From the NCBI GenBank assembly GCA_032718475.1, contig JAUCBJ010000100.1, positions 37,589-101,588 on the forward strand: a stretch of DNA of 64,000 bases. Reading direction: 5' to 3'. Made by a program: the position numbers and the translations under genes. The DNA is from Nemertoderma westbladi. Taxonomy: Eukaryota > Animalia > Xenacoelomorpha. The notes under the pieces were generated by a model. It had not been told where the DNA came from and did not search any database. It worked only from the letters and a program-made list of their open reading frames with translations. Below, piece by piece: positions 1-13,344 of this stretch (positions are counted from its first letter, which is position 1; each line of letters opens with the position of its first letter).

Positions 1-3000
1 GGAGCTGTAATTTCACTTCTCTATCTAAGAATGACATGAGATCAGTCATGGTAGGGTCTCGTCGTTGTTGTTCCATCATATATAACACCTTCTTATCCCA
101 GCGTGTACCTACTCCACCCTTGGGCAAAGCAGATGCTAAGGCTCTTACAACCATAGAATTCTGGTATTCATGAGACTTACCTAGCCAATCTAATTGTCTA
201 CAGATCTCCTGAATCTCATCGGAAAACTCTATAATCCCGCTGCTAAGAAACTTTCGGGGCGCCATTAATTTTGCATACAAATACCCAGCTATGTCATTCC
301 TATTACCATACCTGATGTTTAGTGTATCCCAAACTTGTCTTAATCCATCTGGATGTCCAATAAATTTTAACGCCATTGACTTGGGAGGTCCTTCCAAACA
401 TTCGATGAGGAATCTAAGTTTCTCTCCGTTAGATAGTACAGAGTTCTGTATGTTATCTTTGTAATATTCATTAAAAGGTAACCATTTCATCTCATCTCCA
501 TTGAACTTGACAATCTCTCCAACCTTTACCGCTTGCCGGGCTTCGGTTCTAGCCATTTGACGCGTAAAACTTTCTTGGGCCATCGTGCTATTTAATATCG
601 AGTTATCGGTATATAAATTTCTCGGGTTATGATCAGTTCTATAGGGAATATCATTATCAACAGGTCTATAATTACCCTTAATAGGGTTCACTATAGGAGT
701 TTCTACTTCGCTAGCAGTATATATGCGTGTAGGCTCCACACCTTGCGCATGCAATACTTCAGACCTAACAGGTTGACACATTGTTACAGAGGGTGGTGGT
801 ATACCCTTTTGTAAATTTACTAATTTATCGCGCTCTAGCGCGATATTTTGCTGCACTTCTTGCAACTCTAACTTGCTTTCCCTCACTGTTCCCTTTAAAT
901 GTTGGACAGTCCCTTCCAACTCTCGGACCTGTTGGGAGGAGCGTATCCGATTCTCCTTCATCTCTCCGAGGAGAATATCCATCCCCCGCCGTCTCTCGTC
1001 TACCCAATCAACCGCCGAAACGGGATCCGCCAACGTCGTAGCGGGCAGACAAGGGACAACGGGCGACAAATTCGGAATATTTCGCTCGGGGTCCAGGACC
1101 TGAACTGTCTCTCGGGCAGTTCTACGGGGCTCAGGTAGCTTAGTGCTATGTAGAGGGAATTTATAGGTAGTCTCAGGGAGCACAGGTATGTCTATCACCG
1201 AAGGGGTGATTTCAAGAACAGGCCTAATTATTTCAGGCTCATCTACTATAGTAGGGAGTCTTTCTATTTTAATTATTTGGTCTGTGGGCTCTGTACTACC
1301 TACTTTGGTGTTATTTAGTTGCCTTCTAACAGCTGGAGGCAAATCAGGCAATTTCTGACGGTGGAATGTTCTTTTACGTCTGCTTAGGCGAGATCGATTT
1401 CCTCCGCCTTCGGTGTCGGTGGTATCGCCTTCCTCAGATGATGTATACCCCTGTCTCTTGGGAGTAGATCGACTCATCATCTGCATATTGCTCGCTGTTA
1501 ACTGTTTATTGAAGTTGTCTTGCCTCTCTTGAAGATTTTCCAACTCTAGTTGGGTTGCCTCTTCAGATGCCCTCCGTTCTGCTTCTGCCACTGCCTCTGC
1601 TGTTTTTCTTTCGGCTTCTGCCGCTGCCACTGCTGCTGCCGCTTTCCTTTCCGCTTCGGCCTCTGCCACTGCCACTGCTGCTGCTGCTTTCCTTTCCGCT
1701 TCGGCCTCTGCCACTGCTGCCTTTCTTTCCGCTTCTGCCTCTGCCACTGCTGCTGCTGCTGCTGCTTTCCTTTCCGCTTCGGCCTCTGCCACTGCTGCCT
1801 TTCTTTCCGCTTCTGCCTCTGCCACTGCTGCGGCTGCCTTTCTTTCCGCTTCTGCCTCTGCCACTGCTGCTGCCACTGCCGCTGCCTTTCTATCTTCTAT
1901 ACGTTTTTTCTTTACTTGTTCTTCTTGGTCTCTAGCGATGCGGAGTTGTTCATCGAATTTAGCTTGGTTCGCCGCTATCCTATCCACATCAATTGCATCC
2001 AACACACACTGGGCTCCTTCACTATTAGGGCTAAGCCCATCTAGTCTTCTCCGCAACTCTTCATCACCTACGAAACGCTGATAGTCTGACAGATAGATGT
2101 CAATGGCATCCCTCTTATGCGGTTTCTCTGCCGTCGCTTCACTTTCCACTTGGGAAAAAGTAGCGTCTGTTGATTCTCCATGGGTTGAGCGCTCCTCCAA
2201 CTGAGCTTTCCACTGAGCTGCTCCTTGAACCTGGCGACTCACCCGTTGAAACCAAGTCTTTACGGCAACTTGCAACGACGTGTCTTGCCTTCTTTTAGAA
2301 GCCTCCTCAAAGGCGGATAAGATTAGCCTAATCCGCAGAACTCTTTCTCTAACTTGATAAAGCAGCGATCCCTGCTCTTGAGGTCCTTGAGGTTGTTGAA
2401 AAAGTTGCTTTTCTATTCGCTCCATAGAGCTGAAGAATCCCTGTGCGTATCCGGCTGCGGACCTCTTCCACACAGCTGGATCGATGGTTTCCTTGGCTAC
2501 TCCCATCCGGTGTATGTCTTCCCAGGCAGCTTCTGATAAATCAAACGGGAGTCCGGGTCCGGGGAAGTTCCATTGCGACTCGACAATAGACTTCAGTTCT
2601 TCACTAGTGTATCCCGCGTAGCTATCTCTAGTTGACTGTTGACTTCTCGCCCAATCGATCTGGTGTTCTTCCACCGCGATCAATAACCCAGCGAGCACGG
2701 CTGCAGGAAGGATGAGAAGGGGATCCGTATAAACCGCATCCGTCATCTCTGCTCCGCTCTCGGGTGTCAGCTCTACAGTATCCTCACTACTGGAGCTGCT
2801 GGGCCGCTGAGGAATAAGTTCTTGACTAGCGGGTTGTTGCTGTTCCGCTGCCTTTTGGTCCCGCTTGACCTGAGCTCGAGTGCCTATGATAGACCTACGA
2901 TGTTGGACCAGCCTAGGTTCTGTTATTACTACTGGAGGGATGACCTTCCTCACAGTGGGAGGTGAACTGGATTTACGACCAGACGTTTGTACGTCTCTAT

Positions 3001-3061
3001 CTGAGTCGCAGATAGTTACATCTAATAAACTGTCTGACAGGTTCTGCTTAGTATCAGACAT
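1..3061 (-). CDS. gag: BEL/Pao LTR retrotransposon Gag (DUF1759-like), 5' part; ORF runs off the window start
   Basis: Hand translation from the ATG at 3061 (MSDTKQNLSDS...). The same frame near 600-1 reads VKFNGDEMKWYPFNEYYKDNIQNSVLSNGEKLRFLIECLEG...LRQVWDTLNIRYG, typical of BEL/Pao Gag DUF1759. Its absence from the ORF track is consistent with no stop before the window edge. Confidence 0.85.
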   Translation of the reverse strand, partial: MSDTKQNLSDSLLDVTICDSDRDVQTSGRKSSSPPTVRKVIPPVVITEPRLVQHRRSIIGTRAQVKRDQKAAEQQQPASQELIPQRPSSSSSEDTVELTPESGAEMTDAVYTDPLLILPAAVLAGLLIAVEEHQIDWARSQQSTRDSYAGYTSEELKSIVESQWNFPGPGLPFDLSEAAWEDIHRMGVAKETIDPAVWKRSAAGYAQGFFSSMERIEKQLFQQPQGPQEQGSLLYQVRERVLRIRLILSAFEEASKRRQDTSLQVAVKTWFQRVSRQVQGAAQWKAQLEERSTHGESTDATFSQVESEATAEKPHKRDAIDIYLSDYQRFVGDEELRRRLDGLSPNSEGAQCVLDAIDVDRIAANQAKFDEQLRIARDQEEQVKKKRIEDRKAAAVAAAVAEAEAERKAAAAVAEAEAERKAAVAEAEAERKAAAAAAVAEAEAERKAAVAEAEAERKAAAAVAVAEAEAERKAAAAVAAAEAERKTAEAVAEAERRASEEATQLELENLQERQDNFNKQLTASNMQMMSRSTPKRQGYTSSEEGDTTDTEGGGNRSRLSRRKRTFHRQKLPDLPPAVRRQLNNTKVGSTEPTDQIIKIERLPTIVDEPEIIRPVLEITPSVIDIPVLPETTYKFPLHSTKLPEPRRTARETVQVLDPERNIPNLSPVVPCLPATTLADPVSAVDWVDERRRGMDILLGEMKENRIRSSQQVRELEGTVQHLKGTVRESKLELQEVQQNIALERDKLVNLQKGIPPPSVTMCQPVRSEVLHAQGVEPTRIYTASEVETPIVNPIKGNYRPVDNDIPYRTDHNPRNLYTDNSILNSTMAQESFTRQMARTEARQAVKVGEIVKFNGDEMKWLPFNEYYKDNIQNSVLSNGEKLRFLIECLEGPPKSMALKFIGHPDGLRQVWDTLNIRYGNRNDIAGYLYAKLMAPRKFLSSGIIEFSDEIQEICRQLDWLGKSHEYQNSMVVRALASALPKGGVGTRWDKKVLYMMEQQRRDPTMTDLMSFLDREVKLQL

Positions 3062-3189
3062 GACTATGTATACCGTTGAATGTCTACTGCTGTATTACAG
3101 TCTGAGTAAGTCTAATAACTCAGTATTAACTGCTAGCCTAGTAATTAATTACCGGTACTGCTACTCAGTGTAGCGTGATATATAATATA

Positions 3190-3570
3190 TTAGAATACCG
3201 GTATGCTTATAGTATATATAACTATTATTACAGACTAGGTTTATCACAGAATACCGGTATAATTTTAGCACAAATATATATAAATATATAATAGGCCTAT
3301 CGGAATACCGGTATACAGCTTACAGTTGGTAGTATATATAATTCTGGACTAGAATTAATTACAAGTACCGGTATAATTTCAGCCTAAATTTATAGAAAGA
3401 AAAATAATAGGCCTATGGTAAATACCGGTATGCAGTTTACACCTATAGTGTATATATATAAGTATAATTACAAACTAGAATTAATTACAAGTACCGGTAT
3501 AATTTCAGCCGAAATTTATAGAAATAAAGATAATAGGCCTATCGTAAATACCGGTATATCAATTATTTTA
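3190..3570. repeat. Degenerate ~120-bp tandem duplication (TACCGGTA-rich) in the retrotransposon leader
   Basis: ctagaattaattacaagtaccggtataatttcagcc occurs at ~3349 and ~3475; many ACCGGT motifs. Confidence 0.7.
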
Positions 3571-4499
3571 AATAATTGAATTTCTGAATTTTAGGGTTAC
3601 TTGGTTACTTTACTTACTTTATTACCGTTATTTGAGCAGTAATCCAACTGATATTGAGACCTAATGGTTGTATGGTAGGCCTACGATTTATAAATCGTTA
3701 GATTTGATTTATAATATATATATATACCCGTTTTAGTGGGTTTTGTCAATGTTTGAAATAAATGTTATTATTTCTGGGGAGTAATCACTACACAAAGCGG
3801 TGCGCTTTCAGTGAAGTGTTACGTACAGGACACTAAAACAAATAATACTAATTTACCTAAGTTACTTAATACTACAAATTACGTACAATTCGGGTTGAGA
3901 TTACAATCTCTAAATAAACACAAAAATTTACAAAAACACAAATACGAATTTTTAGGGTAATTTTACAAGAAGTCTACAAACCAGCCTAACAAAGGGTTAG
4001 AATCTGGTTATTACAACGGACAGGGTACTACGGTATTTTGAAATAATAAGTAGTAGTAAATACACTGCGTTGTCCAGATAGGAAAATACCACCGCCTGAC
4101 GACCTATAGCCGTATCGCTATAGGTTCTACGTTATGTATCACGGAGTGTTCCTACCTAGAAGTTAATAGAGCTAATCGAATGTGCCTATCAACCACTTTA
4201 CAACACAGATATAATGTCTACAATAATTACTTCGGAAAGTACTGTACACTAAACCCTAAATTAGGTACGAGTACTTGTACAACAAATAATCAGTAGTTAA
4301 ATATACTTGAACAGCTAAAAGAACCACGGCATCTGCTGGAGTGACCGATGCACAAAATCACCAGTCTTTACCTACGCCGAGCAGCCCGTGTAGTACCGGG
4401 GTTAATTTAACTATAGCGGTATGTATAACAAACACAATTACTGTAGGAACAAACTTGGGGAATGAATGTTGCGAATAATCGCATAAACTCTGAATAATA

Positions 4500-5070
4500 A
4501 ATATTACGCTACGCGTACAAACCACTCAAACAAAAATGCAGACTAAATACTGACAGACTACTATCAAGCCTAAATAAACTACAGGACATGCAGACTCCGA
4601 AATAGTTAGGTAGTATGCGTTCTAACCCAGTAGTACGACTTATTCTTTAATTGGGGGTTTACTTTACAGCAATGGCTACCCCAACTTCCCAACCGTTCTT
4701 TATCGGACAAGGGCTCTACACACACTGCAATCCGTTCAGACCCAACAACAGACAGACAACTATCCAGCCTACAAATTATCTAAATGATATTATACGCTAC
4801 CCGTACAGACTTACACAAACAAAGTACAGACTAAACGATGGCAGACTACTCTCAAGCCTAAATAAACTACAGGACATGCAGACTCCGAAATGATTAGGGA
4901 GTATGCGCTCTAACCCAGTAGTGCGACTTATTCTTTAGTTGGGGGTTTACCTCACTGCGTTCGCTGCCCCTACTTCCTAATCGTACTTAATCGGACAGGT
5001 GATCTACACACACTGCAATCCGTTCGGACTTAACAGCAATCAGACAACAGCTCAGCCTACAAATCGTCTG
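4500..5070. repeat. ~290-bp direct duplication in the leader
   Basis: tcaagcctaaataaactacaggacatgcagactccgaaat at ~4564 and ~4852, with matching downstream sequence. Confidence 0.8.
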
Positions 5071-6585
5071 TACAATCTGATCAGGTTTACACGCCTTCTG
5101 TTCAATACTGGCCTACAAACAAATAAAACTGACAGAAATAAGTAAGCTCCAAAAGAAACAAGGGGTGTACAGTCCCTAATCTCTTAAACAGCCTACCGGT
5201 ATACAACAATCAAATCGAATAATACTAGTGTACTTATACGGCAGTACCGGTTCTAGCGGTTGGGCCTACTGACCTACAGGTGTACTGTTCAGGTTTACCG
5301 GTTGACCGGTACTTTCAACTTTATTGCTTACTGCAATAAAGAAGCTATATCCTTTAATGTTCGCGCTTTCAGACCTTTGGCAGTTTAACCCACCAAATTA
5401 AGATGTCTTCTAGATATTAAATCAGTTTTTAGTCTATGACAAGTATTTGATTCACTACACTAGTCGAAACCAATCCGTGCGCGACCATTCACCCGCTGGA
5501 TATTCCCGGGAGATTGGGTTCGACGGTTTAATTTTATTGCTATGTAAGCCTAATGTATTATTCGACTGACAGTATTATATAATCTCTGACAATATTATTC
5601 ACCTTCGGGAATATTAACAGTTCCTTTAGGACGTGGCGCTTTATCTATATAAACAGAGTTATGACTTAAACTACTCACAACGATATGGCTTAATTATAAT
5701 TCACATATATGGCGCATTCTTTAGGAATTGCTTCTTTAACAGACTCACTCATACACAATGCTGCACAATACTGCACACTAATCTGCCAATCTTCACTGAT
5801 TTTAGTCACATATAAAAGGAACACAGACTGACTCATGTAGGGTCTATCAAATAACATTAGATTCACTTCAAACCACTTTAACATAAGTCACAATCGTTTA
5901 TCTGTAACCCTTCTCTCTTACCTTCGGTATATCAAGAATATTGGGTTTCGGGGTTATTTATCGTTATTCCAAATATAATAATTCATCAACCATATTATGA
6001 AGAACTGACAGTAAATAGCAGTATAAAACAACAACTGAACACTGATTGTTATGAGTTTGCAATGTTTCAGCAGTCAGGACGTATGATCAGTCATCAGTAG
6101 TCGTTAGGTAGTTAAAGGATATATGCCCTTTATAATTAAACCTACTAGTGTAAGACTAAAAACAGTAAAGCACAAAATACTTCCAAGCCGTTCTTTCTTT
6201 GGCTCAGGACTGAATGTAAACACTGCACATAGGCATTGCGTCATTTCTCGGAAATTTTCTGTACAAGGAGCCACAAAAACGCTCTAATTGGCTGACTGAA
6301 CTGAGAGACGCCGTAGAACAAAGGAAATCAACACGTATGAATGTCAGCTGTTAACCGTAGTCATAGTAACTACTGTTCAAGAGTAGCTATCACCCCTTTG
6401 CGTCACGAATTGCCATAGAATCATAAAATATGCCTTTCACAGTACACATACGGAGGAAATAGGTCTTAGATCCTCTAAAAACACCGATACAGCAATAATA
6501 CGGTCTCTTACACTTATTAAATCAACTACAGAGTATTTTAATGTAAAAGATAATAAAAATAACGGGGCAATTCAGCAAAGGCTTT

Positions 6586-7290
6586 TACACCTACCTTCGG
6601 GTAGCAGATAGGATTAGCGCCCACCACTACCTTCAGGTAGCAGATAGGAGTAGCTCCCACTCCCCCCTTCGGGTAGCAGATAGGAGTAGCGCCCACCCCT
6701 ACCTTCGGGTAGCAGATAGGATTAGCGCCCACCCCTACCTTCGGGTAGCAGATAGGATTAGCGCCCACCACTACCTTCGGGTAGAAGATAGGAGTAGCGC
6801 CCACCACTACCTTCAGGTAGCAGATAGGAGTAGCTCCCACTCCCCCCTTCGGGTAGCAGATAGGAGTAGCGCCCACCCCTACCTTCGGGTAGCAGATAGG
6901 ATTAGCGCCCACCCCTACCTTCGGGTAGCAGATAGGATTAGCGCCCACCCCTACCTTCGGGTAGCAGATAGGATTAGCGCCCACCCCTACCTTCAGGTAG
7001 CAGATAGGAGTAGCTCCCACTCCCCCCTTCGGGTAGCAGATAGGAGTAGCGCCCACCCCTACCTTCGGGTAGCAGATAGGATTAGCGCCCACCCCTACCT
7101 TCGGGTAGCAGATAGGATTAGCGCCCACCACTACCTTCGGGTAGAAGATAGGATTAGCGCCCACCCCTACCTTCGGGTAGCAGATAGGAGTAGCACCTAG
7201 GATTAGATTAGCGCCCACCCTTACCATCGGGTCGCAGATATGAGTTGAGTAGCACCCACCCTTACTTTCGGGTGTAGCAGCTATCGAAAC
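6586..7290. repeat. 30-bp minisatellite (ccttcgggtagcagataggaktagcgcccacccc-type), ~22 copies
   Basis: Directly visible periodicity; explains the spurious 229-aa minus-strand ORF. Confidence 0.95.
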
Positions 7291-8463
7291 AGGGGCTGTT
7301 TGCTTTTGTTTTTTTTTTTTGCTTTACGTTAAATATGATCGAACAAATATTTCGTAAGTTCCCACCTCCATATCATAATTTTCAAAGATTAGAAGTAATC
7401 GAATATTTCGAAACCAAACATTCGCTCATCAACATTCAATATTAATCTTAAACGTTGAGGTGAATAAAATGTTACACACGAGGTCTACCATAAAAGGCAA
7501 ATTAGTATTATTGTAAATCTTAGTACTTTTCAATCACTTGAACTAAAGTATTTGTTTAAGTTTTGTTTAGTTGTGGTTTAATGCATTCCTCACACAAAGC
7601 TCGTCGGGCGTCGTATATTTTTCTCCGTACCTGTCTTGTAATTGCCTTTATTTGACTTTTGTGCATTTCGCACCCCAAACTTTAATTTTTAAAAAAAATT
7701 AGCTATATGTTCTAGAACATTATATTTTTTATTTTATGTGTTTTTATGTTCTAGAATAGTGTATAATATTTATATTTTGTTCTAGAACTCTACAGTGTTG
7801 CCATGGTAACAATGCTGATTTATGTTTAAAAATATAGTGATATACGGCTGTAGGGACCTGCAAGACTCTAGAAGAATTAATTTATTTTGTTGATAAAAAA
7901 TCGAGAATGGAGACATACTCACATACTCATAACTCAATCACAATTAATTAACCCAAGCATCAGAATTCTGATCTGTGTAATTAAATTTATTTCACACATA
8001 GAACAACGATATATTACATTGTCACACAAAAATGAAGACTGTCACCCTCGCAACCCAATCACAATTAACTAAAGCTTCTTATACTGTTCTTTTGTTATCT
8101 GTGTTGAAATTAATAAATTCATTTATTATTATATTATATTAGTAGATTATTAATAAATTTATTTCAGTAATTTCCATATCTTCTCTGCCGTGATACGAAC
8201 TCGCCACACTACATGGCTCGCCCCATACCAGCAGATTCTCAGGGACTGCGGTACTGTAGGGATGACTGACGATGAGTCATGGACTACGCCTTGACACAGA
8301 CTCGGGGATACAACCTGCAGTGTAAACAGAAATTAGCTAGTCAGTATACTCACTACGTGTCATACAGCCTACAGTCTACGGCCCAGCCCTACATTGTTTG
8401 TACTTGTGTGGACACTCAACTATTCCGGCTCTATCATCCTATACTCGTGGCATCCATATATTA

Positions 8464-8760
8464 TCCCCCAAACAAACCCATTTAGAACAGTGCGAATAGC
8501 TTCTTAGTTTAATCTAGAACATACAACTATGATAACATCCCTAGGGATCAATTAATTGTTTTATTCTTTCCCCCAAACAAAGTCCTTTTAGAACAGTGGG
8601 GATAGCTAGTCGGTTATTCTAGAACATATAACAATGATAACATCCCTAGGGATAAATTAACCCCAAAAAATCCATGCCCCATTTTTTTATGCTCTCCCCC
8701 AAACAAAACCCTTTTAGAACAGTGCGGATTGCTATTCAGTTATTCCAGAACAAAATTATG
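8464..8760. repeat. Three diverged ~115-bp tandem units
   Basis: ccccaaacaa...tttagaacagtg...ctagaaca repeated at ~8466, 8571 and 8697. Confidence 0.7.
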
Positions 8761-10762
8761 AACAAAATTAATGGGTAACAACAGTTATATTATATCTGAG
8801 CCAGTACTATGCACAAACAGGTCACATTACTTTATCTTATCGCTACTAATATGCGCCGCCCGTGAAATATGAAGCAATGCGTACTGTAACCATTTTTACT
8901 ACTTATTAATTATTACTAAGTTTCATAGACAATTAATAGTAATTCCAGGAATCGGTGTGAATAAAAGAGACATTGATGGGTTCGTAGTAACATTAATTAA
9001 TGACCCACAAAGGCACATCAACAAGAAAAAACAAGTCAATAAATATATTGGATAACAACATAAGTCAAGTGCACTACTAATATGAATACGCCTATATAAC
9101 AGGGATGGATATGCTATGGTGGTATTTTATTGAATTCGTCTGAGTCGTATATGGTGAACGTACAAGAGGTAAACGCGGTGATACGGTCACAATAGTTTGG
9201 TCAAGGGGGTAAGTTGCGCTGAAATGGCGAACAAATCTCCAGTTACAAATCCTCGTTTCTCTCCCATGTAAAAACACTTAACAATAAGCATCTAAAGATG
9301 TTATATTGTTGAATCAATCGTTCTTAGTTTCACCTACTGCATGCAGCACACTCACAATGCATACGACTCGCAATAAGTAAAGTACTGTGACTTACCCGCC
9401 CTAACGATAAGTACCTTGACAGAAACACTCCCTACATCCGAAAGACGGTAAATTTTGCAATTATTCCTTGAGAGTTTTCAAGATTTTCTTTTGGAGTGGT
9501 GGAATTATTGAGTAGGTAAAAAATATCTCAATCAGCAAAAGCAAACTTTGACTATAACAATATGTTAACGAAAATGTCAATGCAGTCACGATCTGAAGGC
9601 GTTTATCGGATAAGAAAAACAAATTTATCTTCAGGCCAAATTCTTTATGCTTTTCATTCAAGTAGCTCGATTATTCTATCTCAATAAATGGCGATGGGCC
9701 CAGAAAGACGGGTAAGTCGACCTAATTGACATGGTATACAAAAGGCACAGGTACTTATTAGCTAAAAGACAAAGTGGTAAACATTCCAGTAATGGGCGGG
9801 TGTGTGTTAGCCCGAATACGTCAACCATTGACGAATCGAACCTCTTGCATAAAAACACACTAACCAGCAAGTGTAGGATTTTACCAGTTTTCAAAATAAC
9901 ACTATTATTTGCGACAATTTGCTATTACGACATTACCAAACCCATGTTTCTGTGGTTGCATTGAGCTAGAACAGAGCAAGGCAGATGGTTTTTGGAGGGG
10001 AAAATTGCACGACATATCCAATGAAATCTGATTACAATATAATGTTTTTGTCCGATGTACGATGGCGAATGTTCAGCAGAAAACGCTAAAATGCTTGTTC
10101 ATTCCAGTGAATCGGAAGAGTCCGTCTTAGCAGGAGGGTAAAACCCCACCCAATCCCACCTGATCAATTAAAACGATAAGTCTTTGAAATAGTTACAGAA
10201 AGGTATTTGGCACATCCAAGGGTGGTCTCAGATGGATACCGCTGGCATTTCGCTGGCCCTCCAAAGAACACACACATATCTCACTGAGTTAGTGAAGACA
10301 CAAGACTCTTTAAGGCAACTGGTCACAACTGGGGACCATCTACCAAAAATGTAACATTAAGCTTCCCTATTAATCTGACAGTGGGGGTCATTTAACATGG
10401 TTGTTGTAATGCATTCAAACATACATAGGGCCAAAAGTAAACCAGGACATATATCAGCAAACACAATTGTGTTTAACTGACAGTGGCAACCATGTGTAAG
10501 TAAGCTTTTACTTTAGGCGGTTAGCAATAAATTGCAAATTAATTTAAAAGTTAGCAACTGCATGCTGTGCCATTAATCATTGACAGGTGATTTGCATTTG
10601 TGCAAACACGAAAAAGTAACCGCTATTAATCACGCGATAAAGGTGAAAATATCGACACTGACATTTTGGTAATTTTAATGTGAATAATTCCAGTCATTCT
10701 TGCGTAGAAATTAATTTGTTTTAAGCACTTGATAGATTAAAGGCAGTGATGTATATTAATTA

Positions 10763-10990
<228 letters not shown>

Positions 10991-11633
10991 CTAAACTAAC
11001 TAAATACATATTCTTTATTGACAATAAGTAATCAATTATCATATCATATCAATCAATCAAACATAATATCAATTGTATGATGTTTGTCGATTTTTTAGGT
11101 TTTAAAAATATCAAGCTATGGGGAATAAATTCCGAATACTAGATACCGGAATAACAATATAGGGAACATCATTGGTCCAAATTCATGTGTGACACATTAT
11201 ATTCTATATTGATAACATTTAGTTTTGTATAATTTTTAAGCGTTTGGTCATCGATTATCGGTTGGGAGTTTATGCAAATCCCATCTTGGTGAATTAATAT
11301 CTCGCCTCAATTTTAATTTATTAATTAAGGGAAAGGAGCAGGTTAGAGTAGTATGTTAAAAGCCCCCCCCCCCCCCCCCCGTGAATGGATAAACAGTTTC
11401 AGGTTAATGTTCATGGCCCATGTGAAGTATACCAGAATTTACCCCCCTGCCCTGTGAAGAATGATTATTGATTCTGTAAAGTTATAACAAAAAACTCAGG
11501 TTTCATTCTTTCACTCACCCGCTTAAATGCTCGTTCGTGGAAATATTTCCACTCGAGCCGGAGTGAAATGCAGTGCAGTGCTGTAAATTACCAACAAACA
11601 GGTTTGGGTAAGATAAGGTGTCTAAACTGGCTG

Positions 11634-11872
11634 AAAGGAAACACCAAGGTGCTGAATTAGTGAACGTTTTCCGTTTTCGCCCCAACCGGGCTACTTCAGA
11701 CTATTAATATGCTTAGTTAATACCAAGCATATTAAAATATAATATATATATATAATTATAATATATATAAGACTAATAATTCAGCCCTACTATTAACTAA
11801 GCATATTAATAGTCGGAAGTAGCCCGGTTGGGGCGAAAAGGTTCACCAATTCAGCACCTTGGTGTTTCCTTT
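11634..11872. mobile_element. MITE-like hairpin element with ~85-bp terminal inverted repeats
   Basis: aaaggaaacaccaaggtgctgaatt...ttcgccccaaccgggctacttc...attaatatgcttagttaata is mirrored at 11790-11872 around an AT-rich spacer. Confidence 0.75.
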
Positions 11873-12029
11873 TTCTTTAATTTTACACTACTTTATTTAA
11901 ATCGAATATATAGTTAATATATATGATGATGATGAGCTATGTTCATGGAGCTAGTAAGTATACATTACAATATTTACTTACACTACTTGATTAATTAATT
12001 CATTATTCACTGATAATATTAAAATAATG

Positions 12030-12125
12030 AGACTTAAAAGTCTTTAGATAAAAATTTCTTCGGAGCTCGAGTTTCTGACAGTGACTGGCAACGCATTCCA
12101 CAACGTGGGACCCGCAACACTTAAC
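12030..12125 (-). mobile_element. 3' remnant of an L2/CR1-type LINE ORF2
   Basis: The minus frame reads LSVAGPTLWNALPVTVRNS, the conserved ORF2 C-terminal motif. Confidence 0.55.
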
Positions 12126-12343
12126 GGGTATCATGCTGAATCATCACCGTGGCTAACCATCACTGGCAATCCTATGTCAGGTCATCCCAAGGTCAACAAA
12201 TATGTATAAATATTGTTTGTTGTACTTTCTTCACAATCACTCAAAATTCTTTCACACTCAACATTGTTGAGTCAACAATGTCAAACAATTTCTGACGTGG
12301 ACACCGCAAGCAAGATTCGGGCTTATTAAAATACCTGATGTGG

Positions 12344-13098
12344 TAGTTATACCCCATACGCTACTGTCTAGTTATACCCCATACTCTACTGTCTAGTTAT
12401 ACCCCATACTCTACTGTTTAGTTATACCCCATACTCTACTGTCTAGTTATACCCCACACTCTACTGTCTAGTTATACCCCATACTCTACTGTTTAGTTAT
12501 ACCCCATACGCTACTGTCTAGTTATACCCCATACTCTACTGTCTAGTTATACCCCATACTCTACTGTTTAGTTATACCCCATACGCTACTGTCTAGTTAT
12601 ACCCCATACTCTACTGTCTAGTTATACCCCATACGCTACTGTCTAGTTATACCCCATACTCTACTGTCTAGTTATACCCCATACTCTACTGTCTAGTTAT
12701 ACCCCATACTCTACTGTCTAGTTATACCCCACACTCTACTGTCTAGTTATACCCCATACTCTACTGTTTAGTTATACCCCATACTCGACTGTCTAGTTAT
12801 ACCCCATACTCTACTGTCTAGTTATACCCCATACTCTACTGTCTAGTTATACCCCATACTCTACTGTCTAGTTATACCCCACACTCTACTGTCTAGTTAT
12901 ACCCCATACTCTACTGTTTAGTTATACCCCATACTCGACTGTCTAGTTATACCCCATACTCTACTGTTCAGTTATACCCCATACTCTACTGTATAGTTAT
13001 ACCCCATACTCTACTGTCTAGTTATACCCCATACTCTGTCTAGTTATACCCCATACTCTACTGTCTAGTTATACCCCATACTCTACTGTCTAGTTATA
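12344..13098. repeat. 25-bp minisatellite (gttataccccatactctactgtcta), ~30 copies, in NK7 intron 2
   Basis: Directly visible periodicity. Confidence 0.95.
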
Positions 13099-13344
13099 CA
13101 GTAGATAAATGATAACTTGATAAAGAGACACGCTGACTTTGACCTCTAGATCAATTTCATCTTAGTTGCACAATATCCCAGGAGAGATTTATTCTTGGTA
13201 GAATTTTGCAACGAGCTGTGAGATCGCGTTATCGTAACATTGATTATAGTCGTTGTGGGGAGATAGAGATCGCGTTATCGTAACATTGATTATAGTCGTT
13301 GGGGGGGGGGATAGAGATCACTTCACAATCTCACTACACCTGTG

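Larger units (their letters stand above)
1..6512 (-). mobile_element. 5' half of a BEL/Pao retrotransposon (putative 5' LTR ~5404-6512, PBS-like TGG at ~5395, long leader, gag)
   Basis: The minus strand starts TGTAAGAG at 6512, and ...GAAGACA-TCTTAATT-TGGTGGG at 5404-5389 resembles an LTR end followed by a PBS. The partner LTR is outside the window, so the LTR limits are tentative. Confidence 0.5.

Noticed and set aside
1550-2044. Cys-rich and Leu/Pro-rich plus-strand ORFs
   Set aside because: Antisense shadows of the Gag low-complexity repeat.
6538-7227. 229-aa repeat protein
   Set aside because: The 30-bp minisatellite read in frame.
8160-8315. Possible NK7 last exon or hammerhead ribozyme
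   Set aside because: There is a CAG acceptor but no TKWKR in the required phase, and CTGACGA lacks the GAAA core and stems.
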